From an uncultured Rickettsiales bacterium (GTDB taxonomy: Bacteria > Pseudomonadota > Alphaproteobacteria > Rickettsiales > CANDYO01), in assembly GCA_964550685.1 (NCBI GenBank), contig CAZJZY010000001.1, positions 2,155 through 66,154 on the forward strand: a DNA stretch of 64,000 bases. Direction: 5' to 3'. Positions 1-9,359 of this stretch are shown piece after piece. A program made the position numbers and the translations under genes. Under the pieces are notes generated by a model. That model was not told the origin of the DNA. It ran no database searches and was given only the letters and a program-made list of their open reading frames with translations. Position 1 is the first letter of the stretch. The number at the start of each line of letters is the position of its first letter.

Positions 1-840
1 AGTGAGATGGTGGGTGAGTTTCCTGAGCTGCAAGGGATTATGGGAAAATATTATGCTGAAAAGTCTGGAGAGACACCAGAAGTTTGCTTAGCTATCTCCG
101 AGCATTATCGTCCTTTTGAAGCTAACGATATAGGAGATATTTCTCTTTTAGGAGCTGTTGTTGCTATTGCTGATAAACTGGATAGTATTGTGGGGCTATG
201 GTTAGCTGGAGAAAAGCCTAGCAGTTCAAAAGATCCATTTGCTCTGCGCAGAGCCGCTTTAGGGATTATTAAATTAATTCGTTATCATAAAATAGATGTA
301 TCTTTGTCTGAGTTAATTTCTAAAGCAATTGAGTTATATAAAATAGAATCTGACAATCTTTTGTCAAAAGAGATACTCTCATTTTTTCATGATAGACTTA
401 AATATTATCTTAAAGCTGAAGATTTTCGTCATGATTTAATTATGGCTGCTTTAGGTGAGGAGAGCCATAATATCCACGAGGCATTAACAAAACTTGTTAA
501 GTTAAAGGAGTTCATGCTCAACCCTAAATCTCAAGAACTGGTATTTGCAATTAAACGGATATTAAATATAATATCTAGCGCTAAGCTAGATCTTAATTTG
601 GAAATAGAGGAAAAATTATTTACTGCTCCTGAAGTAAACTTATATCAAGAATTTAGGAAAATATCTGACGATATAAAAATTGAAAATTTAGCTTTATTGG
701 TTCCGGCTATTGATAAATTTTTTGAGGAAGTTTTGGTGAATGACCAGGATCTAAAATTAAAACAGAATAGATTAAATCTGCTAAATAATATTGCTCAATT
801 GAGTTATAAAATAGCTGATTTCAATAAAATAGATGGTTAG
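1..840 (+). CDS. glyS: glycine--tRNA ligase beta subunit, C-terminal part (5' end lies outside the window)
   Basis: Frame is open from nt 1. SEMVGEFPELQGIMGKYYA and DPFALRRAALGII motifs are typical of GlyS. Stop TAG at 838-840. Confidence 0.85.
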   Translation, partial: SEMVGEFPELQGIMGKYYAEKSGETPEVCLAISEHYRPFEANDIGDISLLGAVVAIADKLDSIVGLWLAGEKPSSSKDPFALRRAALGIIKLIRYHKIDVSLSELISKAIELYKIESDNLLSKEILSFFHDRLKYYLKAEDFRHDLIMAALGEESHNIHEALTKLVKLKEFMLNPKSQELVFAIKRILNIISSAKLDLNLEIEEKLFTAPEVNLYQEFRKISDDIKIENLALLVPAIDKFFEEVLVNDQDLKLKQNRLNLLNNIAQLSYKIADFNKIDG

Positions 841-844
841 TTTT

Positions 845-3493
845 ATGGAAAAATTAGTATATAAATTCGGAATGAAGGATAATGAAGGCAATAGCAAAAT
901 GAAAGATTTGCTTGGCGGCAAAGGTGATAATTTAGCTGAAATATGCAGCCTTGGCATTGCAGTTCCTCCAGGATTCACCATTACTACGGAGGTTTGTAAA
1001 ACTTATTACTCAGAAAATAAGAATCTTCCTAAAGATCTTGTATCTCAAGTGGGTATAGCTCTTAAAGAAATGGAACAATTTTTGGGCCGTCAATTTGGTA
1101 ATCCAAAAAATCCATTATTAGTGTCGGTGCGCTCTGGAGCAAAATTTTCTATGCCAGGAATGATGGATACTATTTTAAACCTAGGTCTTAATGATGAAAC
1201 AGTTATTGGTCTTGCTTCCATCAGTAACAATCCATGTTTTGCTTATGATAGCTATCGTCGTTTTATCCAAATGTATTCTAATGTGGTATTAAATTTGGAT
1301 CATTATCTATTTGAAGAAATTATTGAGTGGAAAAAGAGAGATCTTAAGATTGTAAATGATACAGATTTGTCAGCGAATAATCTGCAAGAAATTATTGCAC
1401 AATTTAAAGAGATAGTAAAATCTGAAACGGGGAATGAATTTCCCCAAGATCCTCAAGTACAGTTATGGTCAGCAATTAATGCTGTATTTGATTCTTGGAT
1501 GAGCAATCGCGCTATTACTTATCGTCGCTTAAATAACATTGACTCTAATTTAGGTACGGCTGTTAACATTCAAGCAATGGTATTTGGCAATACTGGTGAA
1601 CTTTCGGCAACCGGAGTGGTATTTACTCGTAATCCCACTAATGGCTCAAAGCAAATTTACGGTGAATATTTAATTAACGCACAAGGCGAAGATGTGGTTG
1701 CTGGAATTAGAACCCCTCAAAATGTTAGTATTTTAGGAAAAAATCAAACCGAATCAGATCTTCCTTCTATGGAAGAAACTATGCCCAAATTGTATCAAGA
1801 ATTATTGAGCACTTGCGCTGCATTAGAGCTGCATTATAAAGATATGCAAGATATTGAATTCACTATTGAAGAAGGTAAATTATGGATTCTGCAAACTAGA
1901 TCAGGTAAGCGCACAGCGAAGGCAGCTATGGTGATTGCGGTAGATTTAGTTAACGAAGGATTGATTGAAAGGGAAGAAGCTATTTCTAGAATTGATGTTA
2001 CTAGCATTGATAAATTGCTTCATCCTACTATAGATGAAAAAGAAAAATATACCGTAATAGCTAAAGGTTTGCCAGCTTCTCCAGGGGCCGCTATGGGAAG
2101 AGTGGTGTTTTCATCTGAGAAAGCAGAAAAAATGGCACTTCAGCATAAGGTGATTTTGGTCAGAATCGAAACCAGCCCTGAAGATATTCATGGTATGCAC
2201 GCTGCTGAGGGGATATTGACTAGCCGCGGGGGGATGACTTCTCACGCTGCAGTGGTAGCAAGGGGAATGGGCAAGCCTTGTGTTTGTGGCGCTAAGGATT
2301 TACACATAAATTATGAGAATAATAGTTTTACGGCTAATGGTATCACTATAAAAGAAGGTGATTATATCACTTTGAATGGTAGTGCTGGAGAAGTGATTAT
2401 TGGTGAAGTTGCCATGACCAAGCCTGAATTATTTCCTGAGTTTAGTCAAATTATCTCTTGGTCTAATCAAATACGCCGTTTAAAAATTCGCACTAATGCT
2501 GAGACCAAATTAGATAGCGAAGTGGCTAGAAATTTTGGCGCAGAAGGAATCGGCTTGTGTAGAACGGAACATATGTTTTTTGAGAGCGATCGTATTAATT
2601 CTATGCGTGAGATGATTTTGGCTAATAATCTTGAGCAGCGCCGCAAGGCTCTAGATAAATTATTGCCAATGCAGATCAAAGATTTTGTTGAAATTTTTAA
2701 TGTAATGCACGGTCTGCCAGTTACTGTTCGTTTACTCGATCCTCCTTTGCATGAATTCCTTCCGCATAACGAGCAAGACATGAATGAATTGGCAGATAGT
2801 ATGAATATTTCTCTTGAACAAGTGAAGAGCCGCTCAACTCAATTAAAAGAACATAATCCTATGTTGGGGCATCGTGGCTGTCGCTTAGGCATCACTTATC
2901 CTGAAATTTATGAAATGCAAGTTAGAGCAATTTTTGAAGCTATGGTTATTGCAGATAATGCTGTCGTTGAAATAATGATCCCATTAATCTTTGACGTTAA
3001 AGAATTTGACTTGATGAAAAAAATAGTTGATGATATAGCCCAAGAAATAGGATTGAAGAATAATTTAAAGCTGAAATATGAAGTTGGTACAATGATTGAA
3101 TTGCCGAGAGCGGCTTTAAAATCTGGCGAAATTGCTTCTTCAGCTGAGTTTTTTAGCTTTGGCACTAATGATTTAACTCAAACTGCTTTAGGTGTTTCGC
3201 GTGATGATGCGGCAATATTCTTAAATGAATACAGAGAAAAAGGCATTATAAAAACTGATCCATTTGCCTCAATTGATCAAGATGGTGTTGGTGAATTATT
3301 AAAAATCGCGATTGAACGCGGTAGAAAAACAAAGCCTAATTTAAAAATAGGCGTTTGCGGAGAGCATGGAGGAGACCCTGAGTCGATTCAGTTTTTCCAT
3401 AATATTGGATTGGACTACGTCTCCTGCTCTCCGTTCAGAGTGCCGGTGGCAATAATTGCGGCAGCAAAGGCTGGTATACGTGAAGTCATCTGA
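845..3493 (+). CDS. ppdK: pyruvate, phosphate dikinase
   Basis: About 880 aa. N-terminus VYKFG...LLGGKGDNLAEI, phosphohistidine swivel motif GGMTSHAAVVARGMGKPCV, and PEP-utiliser C-terminal FFSFGTNDLTQ. ATG at 845 fits the family N-terminus better than ATG at 833. Stop TGA at 3491-3493. Confidence 0.95.
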   Translation: MEKLVYKFGMKDNEGNSKMKDLLGGKGDNLAEICSLGIAVPPGFTITTEVCKTYYSENKNLPKDLVSQVGIALKEMEQFLGRQFGNPKNPLLVSVRSGAKFSMPGMMDTILNLGLNDETVIGLASISNNPCFAYDSYRRFIQMYSNVVLNLDHYLFEEIIEWKKRDLKIVNDTDLSANNLQEIIAQFKEIVKSETGNEFPQDPQVQLWSAINAVFDSWMSNRAITYRRLNNIDSNLGTAVNIQAMVFGNTGELSATGVVFTRNPTNGSKQIYGEYLINAQGEDVVAGIRTPQNVSILGKNQTESDLPSMEETMPKLYQELLSTCAALELHYKDMQDIEFTIEEGKLWILQTRSGKRTAKAAMVIAVDLVNEGLIEREEAISRIDVTSIDKLLHPTIDEKEKYTVIAKGLPASPGAAMGRVVFSSEKAEKMALQHKVILVRIETSPEDIHGMHAAEGILTSRGGMTSHAAVVARGMGKPCVCGAKDLHINYENNSFTANGITIKEGDYITLNGSAGEVIIGEVAMTKPELFPEFSQIISWSNQIRRLKIRTNAETKLDSEVARNFGAEGIGLCRTEHMFFESDRINSMREMILANNLEQRRKALDKLLPMQIKDFVEIFNVMHGLPVTVRLLDPPLHEFLPHNEQDMNELADSMNISLEQVKSRSTQLKEHNPMLGHRGCRLGITYPEIYEMQVRAIFEAMVIADNAVVEIMIPLIFDVKEFDLMKKIVDDIAQEIGLKNNLKLKYEVGTMIELPRAALKSGEIASSAEFFSFGTNDLTQTALGVSRDDAAIFLNEYREKGIIKTDPFASIDQDGVGELLKIAIERGRKTKPNLKIGVCGEHGGDPESIQFFHNIGLDYVSCSPFRVPVAIIAAAKAGIREVI

Positions 3494-4553
3494 GGGAAGG
3501 TACTTTTATAGAATAGACCATATTCGGGCTCTTGCCGCTTTTATGGTTTTTGTATGGCACTTTTTGCATTCCGCCAATGGTTATCCTATTAAATTTAATG
3601 ATACTCCATATATATTTCTGCTGTCAATATTTGATGAAGGACATACTGGGGTTGCTCTTTTTATGACTTTAAGTGGTTATTTGTTTGCAAAATTAATTGA
3701 CAACAGAAAAGTAAATTATTGGTTATTTATTTATAACCGAGTATTAAGGTTACTGCCTTTGCTTGCCTTGGTGACCTTGATTTTAGGGGTGCAGAATTTT
3801 ATTAATGGTTATGGCGCTTCAGATTATTTTTTATCTATTTTAACAGGTCTAGTTTTGCCAACTTTACCGAATGGAGGATGGTCTATAACTGTTGAATTTC
3901 ATTTTTATTTAATTCTGCCAATGATATTATACGCTGTTAGAAAAAATAAAAGTTATCTGATAGGCTTTCTAATCCTAATTTTAATTTTTAGACTAATTTT
4001 ATGGTATAAATTAGGAGAAATACAGAGTTTATCGTACTGGACTATTATTGGTAGAATTGATCAATTTATATTTGGTATATTAGCATTTCATTTAAGAAAC
4101 TATATCAAGAGGTGCCATTTTTTAGTTATCACTGTTTTTTTAGCCTTTTGTTTCTTGTATTACCAATTTGATATATTGGGCGGCTTTTATAATTATCCAT
4201 CTTATCCTTCTGTTAGTTCATTATGGATAATAATGCCAACTATTGAGGCTTTTACTTATGGGTTAGGTATTGCTTGGTATGTTGAGTCTTTTAGTAATTT
4301 TTCAAACAATAAATTTTCTATTTTTTTTGCAGAGCTTGGAAAGTACTCTTATTCTATATATTTATTGCATTTTTTTGTTGTGTTCAGAGAGGCTAGTTTT
4401 GTACATGAACATGTTATGAATATGTCCAATCTTTATATTGGAATTTTATGGGCAATGTTTTTTTATATCTTAATGTGGCCGATTGGTTATTTGAGTTTTA
4501 GATATATAGAAAGTCCTTTTCTAAAATATAGAAAAAAATATATTCTTATTTAA
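3456..4553 (+). CDS. acyltransferase family 3 integral membrane O-acyltransferase
   Basis: RIDHIRALAAFMVFVWHF N-terminal motif and many hydrophobic segments across 365 aa. The start is uncertain; an alternative GTG lies at 3480. The ORF overlaps the end of ppdK. Confidence 0.75.
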   Translation: MRQQRLVYVKSSEGRYFYRIDHIRALAAFMVFVWHFLHSANGYPIKFNDTPYIFLLSIFDEGHTGVALFMTLSGYLFAKLIDNRKVNYWLFIYNRVLRLLPLLALVTLILGVQNFINGYGASDYFLSILTGLVLPTLPNGGWSITVEFHFYLILPMILYAVRKNKSYLIGFLILILIFRLILWYKLGEIQSLSYWTIIGRIDQFIFGILAFHLRNYIKRCHFLVITVFLAFCFLYYQFDILGGFYNYPSYPSVSSLWIIMPTIEAFTYGLGIAWYVESFSNFSNNKFSIFFAELGKYSYSIYLLHFFVVFREASFVHEHVMNMSNLYIGILWAMFFYILMWPIGYLSFRYIESPFLKYRKKYILI

Positions 4554-4607
4554 TAATTGTTTTTTGGATCTAACTATGTTTATATATTTTTCTATTATTA
4601 ATAAAAG

Positions 4608-5672
4608 GTGTTAAGCGGTATGAGTAGTAATAAATTATTCAATTCTAGCTGGAAAAGCTGTTTTTATAGAGTTTCAGTTGTGTTCCTTATTCTTGCTTTA
4701 GGGGTGTTGACTTACGTCATATCAAAAAAGAGCAAAAATGTTATAAATGAACTTAAGCTTGATAGGGGCGCCTCTATTCAGGAGATAAAAGAATATATTA
4801 AGATGGAGAGCGAGTTTATTGTAAAAAATATAAAAAAAAATATTCCTTGTGAGTTCTTTAGTGAAGCAGTAGGAGTTTGTAATGCCGAATGCACGTTAAC
4901 ATCTTATGAGACTATTTTAGCTCAGAGTTTCTTTGATATGGTATCTCCTAGTATGAAAGTTTTAGAGATCGGTCCTTATGTTAACCCTAGCTTGAAGGGA
5001 GCTAATGTTAAATATTTTGATATTTTAAGCGCTGAAGATATAAAAAGCCAAATACTTAATGAAAAAAATGAGGCTCTTAAGAATGGCGTTAGTAAGGACG
5101 CTGATTTATCAAAGGTGCCCAATATAGATTATGTCCATCCAAATGGAGATCTTAGAATAATAAAAGAAAAATTTGATGTAGCTTTTTCTAGTCACAATAT
5201 AGAGCATCAAATAGACCTTGTTGCTCACTTAAATCAAGTGGCAGAATTGCTAAATTCAGGAGGAAAATTTTATCTTGTTATTCCCGATAAGAGGTATTGT
5301 TTTGATCATTTTATACCAGAGTCACCTCTTTCTGATATTATAGGTAGTTATTATAGCGCTATAAAATTGCATCAGCTTGACACTATATTGGCTATGAGCT
5401 GCGAAACCACACATAATAATCCTAAGCTTCATTGGCAAGGTGAGCACGGACAAGTAAAAGGGCGCAATAGTTCTTGCTATGTTGATTCTATAAAAGATTT
5501 TAAAAATAATAGTGGGTATATTAACGCTCATCGTTGGAGGTTTACACCGCAGAGTTTTGAGTTCATAATTAATCAGCTTAATGAGATGGGATTAACAACT
5601 TTAAAAGTAGAAAAAGTTTATATGACTCAAGAGAATACGGCTGATTTCAAGGTTATTCTATATAAACCTTAA
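4608..5672 (+). CDS. membrane-anchored class I SAM-dependent methyltransferase-like protein (paralogue 1)
   Basis: N-terminal hydrophobic segment FYRVSVVFLILALGVLTYVI. Motif I-like VLEIGPYVNPSL, acidic post-I KYFDIL, and FSSHNIEHQIDLVAHLNQVAELLNSGGKFYLVIPD resembling Methyltransf_11/23. The likely real start is ATG at 4620. Confidence 0.5.
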   Translation: MLSGMSSNKLFNSSWKSCFYRVSVVFLILALGVLTYVISKKSKNVINELKLDRGASIQEIKEYIKMESEFIVKNIKKNIPCEFFSEAVGVCNAECTLTSYETILAQSFFDMVSPSMKVLEIGPYVNPSLKGANVKYFDILSAEDIKSQILNEKNEALKNGVSKDADLSKVPNIDYVHPNGDLRIIKEKFDVAFSSHNIEHQIDLVAHLNQVAELLNSGGKFYLVIPDKRYCFDHFIPESPLSDIIGSYYSAIKLHQLDTILAMSCETTHNNPKLHWQGEHGQVKGRNSSCYVDSIKDFKNNSGYINAHRWRFTPQSFEFIINQLNEMGLTTLKVEKVYMTQENTADFKVILYKP

Positions 5673-5751
5673 ATTAAGCAATAATTTTAGTTATTGATTT
5701 ATCTAGATAATTATATAAACTGTGGTTTTTTAGCTTCTATTGGACAATATT

Positions 5752-6741
5752 ATGCTTCGTAAGATCTTTTGTTTTTTTTTAATTGCCTCATTGCTTGTTA
5801 ATGCTGGATTGATTTTGCGTATGCAAAGTCATGATCGGGATTTGGATGCTTGTAATCTAGTGAATACTGAGTTAGAAAAGTCTCTAAATATATCTAGATC
5901 ACTTGAGGATTCTAAGAGTGGGCAACAAAAAATCCACTATTTCCAAAAGTCTTTTGGAGATAATGGAGCTTTTGGAGATTCTATAAAATCTTGTGAGTTT
6001 ATGTCTCGTTCTGATTTTCTTGGAGCGATAGGTGAAGATTTAAAAGTTCTTGAGATTGGGCCATACTACTCACCTTCTCTGAAGGGCGCTAACGTAAAAT
6101 ATTTTGATGTGTTAGATAAGGGGGGGCTAGAAAAAAAAGCAGCTATTGATAATCTATCAATTGAAAATATTCCTAATATAGATTATATCCATTCTGGCGG
6201 CGACATGGGGATTATTAAAGAAAAATTTGATGTGGTATTTTCTAGTCATAATATTGAACATCAAGTGGATTTAGTAAGGCACCTTAATCAAGTTTCTGAT
6301 GTATTAAAAGAAGGTGGTAAGCTTTATCTTATTGTACCTGATAAGCGTTATTGTTTTGATCGCTTTATTCCTGAAACCTTACTTTCTGAGGTCCTCGCAA
6401 ATCATGAAGAAGGAAGATATAGGCATTCATTAAGTACTATTCTAGAAGCTTGTGAAAGCACTTCTAATGATCCTATTGGACATTGGGAAGGCCGGGCTTC
6501 GCCTTTGTTATCTGGATTGGGCTGCTATAACACCCGTATTAAGGCTTTTGAAGATGCAAAAGGTGGCTATATTGATGCGCATAAATGGCGGTTTACGCCC
6601 CAAAGCTTTAGTTATATTATTAATAGTTTAAATGAATTAGGGCTGGTAGATTTGAGAATAGAAAAAATCTTTTGCACTCAGCCTAATTCAATAGAATTTT
6701 CTGCCATTTTGGTTAAATATAAGGATAATAAAAATGATTAA
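5752..6741 (+). CDS. membrane-anchored class I SAM-dependent methyltransferase-like protein (paralogue 2)
   Basis: Colinear with 4608-5672: VLEIGPYYSPSLKGANVKYFDVL, FSSHNIEHQVDLVRHLNQVSDVLKEGGKLYLIVPDKRYCFD and AHKWRFTPQSF. N-terminal anchor IFCFFLIASLLVNAGLIL. ATG at 5752. Confidence 0.5.
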   Translation: MLRKIFCFFLIASLLVNAGLILRMQSHDRDLDACNLVNTELEKSLNISRSLEDSKSGQQKIHYFQKSFGDNGAFGDSIKSCEFMSRSDFLGAIGEDLKVLEIGPYYSPSLKGANVKYFDVLDKGGLEKKAAIDNLSIENIPNIDYIHSGGDMGIIKEKFDVVFSSHNIEHQVDLVRHLNQVSDVLKEGGKLYLIVPDKRYCFDRFIPETLLSEVLANHEEGRYRHSLSTILEACESTSNDPIGHWEGRASPLLSGLGCYNTRIKAFEDAKGGYIDAHKWRFTPQSFSYIINSLNELGLVDLRIEKIFCTQPNSIEFSAILVKYKDNKND

Positions 6742-8092
6742 TTTTATAAACAAAAACAAGAAGTTCTTCGTAATATGGGGGCTTTTAATAACGGCAGTAC
6801 TTTTTATTTCTTGGGAATGCATTGTAATCTATAAGAATAGCAATAAGCAGGCTTTAATCAGCGATGTTGAAAGTTATGATAGATTCTTTTGGAATGAATA
6901 TTATTCAAAGAACACCATTAAGCAGTCTTATAAAATTATAATTATAGGTCCTGAGCCTACTCCTAATGGTCGGGTGGTTTCAGATGAGACTTTGATTTTA
7001 AGGATAGTTAGGGCTGCCTTAAATCTGAACTGGGAAATTAAATTTTATGATACTTTGATGGGAAAAGAAGATGAAGTTATAGATTTTAATCCGGATTTTA
7101 TCATTTCTACTATTCCAAAGTGGAATATGTCTTCGTATATTCCCTTGCCTTATAAAATATATTCTTTTATTCCTCTTCAGTATTCCACTTTTTTCTCAGT
7201 AAGGGTAAAAGAGCCTTCTATAAACTATAGCTCTTTAAAATATATATATAATGGTTTTATGCCTCAAATATTTACTGTTTCAGATGGTCTTATACTAACA
7301 GATAAAAAGTTCTTGTTATTTAAAGAATTATTTGAAGCGAAATCAAAAAATAAATTCCATGGTATAGTTGGTTATCCTGGAGTAGATTATTTTGATTATG
7401 ATGACTCTGTTGAGGCTAATAAAATAATTTATTATGGTATAAATTGGGATTCACTTAGAAGTAGCAAGACATATTTGGATTTATACGATAACCTAGCAGA
7501 GAGAGGTATAGTTGACTATTATGGGCCATTCATTGGATGGATAAATAACTATAGAAATGGTTGGAAGGGTTTTTTAACTTTACGTAATAAAATAGATGAT
7601 AAAGGCCAGCCGATAGTTGCGAAGGATGATATTGTGTTGGAAACAATAAAGCAGCATGGTATTGTTTTAATATTGCATTCTGATGTTCACTTTGATGGGG
7701 ATATTCCTAGTTTAAGAGAGTTTGAGGCTGCAGCTGCTTCGTCTTTAATTATTAGCGATGAGTTGCCTTTTGTGCGTGAAACTTTTGGAGATAGTGTACT
7801 ATACATAGAGGTAAAAAACAGAACGACAAAAGAGATAGAGGATCAAATAGTTAAGCATTATGAATGGATTAAAGAAAATCCAGATAAAGTTAAAGAGATG
7901 ACAAAGAAAGCTCATAGCATATATAAGGAGAAATTTACTTTAGAGAAGTTGCTTGTAGATATAGCTCATATGCATGAGTCAGTATTAAGAGATCAGTCAG
8001 TCAATGATATTCATTTACAAAAGAATCTTAAGCTTGAGACCCACCTTAAGGTTACTGATACTGTAATTCCAGCTGGTCGTGCCTCATATTGA
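6734..8092 (+). CDS. anchored CgeB-like glycosyltransferase (Glyco_trans_1_2-type C-terminal domain), paralogue 1
   Basis: N-terminal anchor FFVIWGLLITAVLFISW. C-terminal LREFEAAAASSLIISDELPFVRETFGDSVLYIE followed by a helical tail, as in CgeB-family GT-B domains. The start overlaps the previous stop (ATGATTAA). Confidence 0.55.
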   Translation: MINFINKNKKFFVIWGLLITAVLFISWECIVIYKNSNKQALISDVESYDRFFWNEYYSKNTIKQSYKIIIIGPEPTPNGRVVSDETLILRIVRAALNLNWEIKFYDTLMGKEDEVIDFNPDFIISTIPKWNMSSYIPLPYKIYSFIPLQYSTFFSVRVKEPSINYSSLKYIYNGFMPQIFTVSDGLILTDKKFLLFKELFEAKSKNKFHGIVGYPGVDYFDYDDSVEANKIIYYGINWDSLRSSKTYLDLYDNLAERGIVDYYGPFIGWINNYRNGWKGFLTLRNKIDDKGQPIVAKDDIVLETIKQHGIVLILHSDVHFDGDIPSLREFEAAAASSLIISDELPFVRETFGDSVLYIEVKNRTTKEIEDQIVKHYEWIKENPDKVKEMTKKAHSIYKEKFTLEKLLVDIAHMHESVLRDQSVNDIHLQKNLKLETHLKVTDTVIPAGRASY

Positions 8093-8115
8093 TATGTTAA
8101 GGATGTAAGAACCCA

Positions 8116-9336
8116 ATGGTTATAATAAAAAAAATAAAAGTGATTATAACCATATGTTTGATAGTCATTGCAGTTTTTTTTGCTCTATATTTTTTTAAAA
8201 AAACTATTCTTCCTAACTACAAATTCGATCAAGCCATAAAAGAGGCTGCAAAAATTCCAGACACCCACTGGGATGAAAAATATCAGGATATGAAAATCAA
8301 TGATAAATATAAAGTTGTTTTAATATCAGCTGATGGTGGTGAATATAGCTATGTAGAGAATTTTAAATATGCTGCTGAAAAAATGGGGTGGGAAGTTCAA
8401 ATATATTATAATCAAATTTTAGGACATGAAAAAGAGATCTTAGATTTTGATCCAGATTTTATTTTACTCACTCCCTATGCTGCTCCTATCATGGATATGA
8501 AAATAACCGCTGATAGATCTAAAAAATATCTTTTAAGCTTTATATCTTTTCAAGGCTTAAGAGATGAACGAAAATGGCTCTCAAAGAAAGACATTTACCA
8601 AATTATTGATAATGGATTTAAGCTTTTTGTTTCTAGATCACATGCTATATTAACAGCAGCTCACGAAGTGGATATTTATCGAGAAATCTTTGAAAAAATG
8701 GGCAAGCCATTTAACGGTTTAAGGCTTTTGCCACTAACTCCTAAGTTTGTAAATGAGCCTGCAGAACCTAAAAACCTTATGTGGGTGGGTATGGGATGGG
8801 ATAATTTTCGTTCTTCTGAAAATTATACAAATTTCATTAGATCGCTCAGTCAAAATATTTCTATGAAAATTTATGGCTCGGCTGCAACTCTTTCAAGCTT
8901 TATAGATAGTTATGGAGGCTACATTCCTCCTGGTATAGAAAATATCAATGCCATAAGAAAAAATGGTATTTATCTGCTAACACATAGTGATTGGCACTTT
9001 AAGGGTGGAGAGCCAAGCATGAGAATATTTGAGGCTGCTGCCGCAAATGTTGTAATCATTTCAGATAAACATCCATTCGTTGTTAAGCATTTTGGTGATA
9101 GCTTACTTTATTTTGATAATGATGTTGCTAGTGAAGTTATGTACAACCAAGTTAAAGCCCATATTGATTGGATTAAATCTAACCCAGAAGAAGCCAAACT
9201 TAAAGCGGCACGTGCTCATCAAATTTTTCTAGAGAACTTTACTTTGGAAAAAGATTTGGTTAGACTTGCTAAGATGCATGAATATATCTTGCTGCAAGAG
9301 AAAAAAATGAATTTAGACTATAAGCTAGCTTATTAG
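8116..9336 (+). CDS. anchored CgeB-like glycosyltransferase, paralogue 2
   Basis: Colinear with 6734-8092: MRIFEAAAANVVIISDKHPFVVKHFGDSLLYFD and FTLEKDLVRLAKMHE. N-terminal anchor VIITICLIVIAVFFALYFF. Confidence 0.55.
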   Translation: MVIIKKIKVIITICLIVIAVFFALYFFKKTILPNYKFDQAIKEAAKIPDTHWDEKYQDMKINDKYKVVLISADGGEYSYVENFKYAAEKMGWEVQIYYNQILGHEKEILDFDPDFILLTPYAAPIMDMKITADRSKKYLLSFISFQGLRDERKWLSKKDIYQIIDNGFKLFVSRSHAILTAAHEVDIYREIFEKMGKPFNGLRLLPLTPKFVNEPAEPKNLMWVGMGWDNFRSSENYTNFIRSLSQNISMKIYGSAATLSSFIDSYGGYIPPGIENINAIRKNGIYLLTHSDWHFKGGEPSMRIFEAAAANVVIISDKHPFVVKHFGDSLLYFDNDVASEVMYNQVKAHIDWIKSNPEEAKLKAARAHQIFLENFTLEKDLVRLAKMHEYILLQEKKMNLDYKLAY

Positions 9337-9359
9337 CTTAATTTAAGAGCTTTAGTAAT

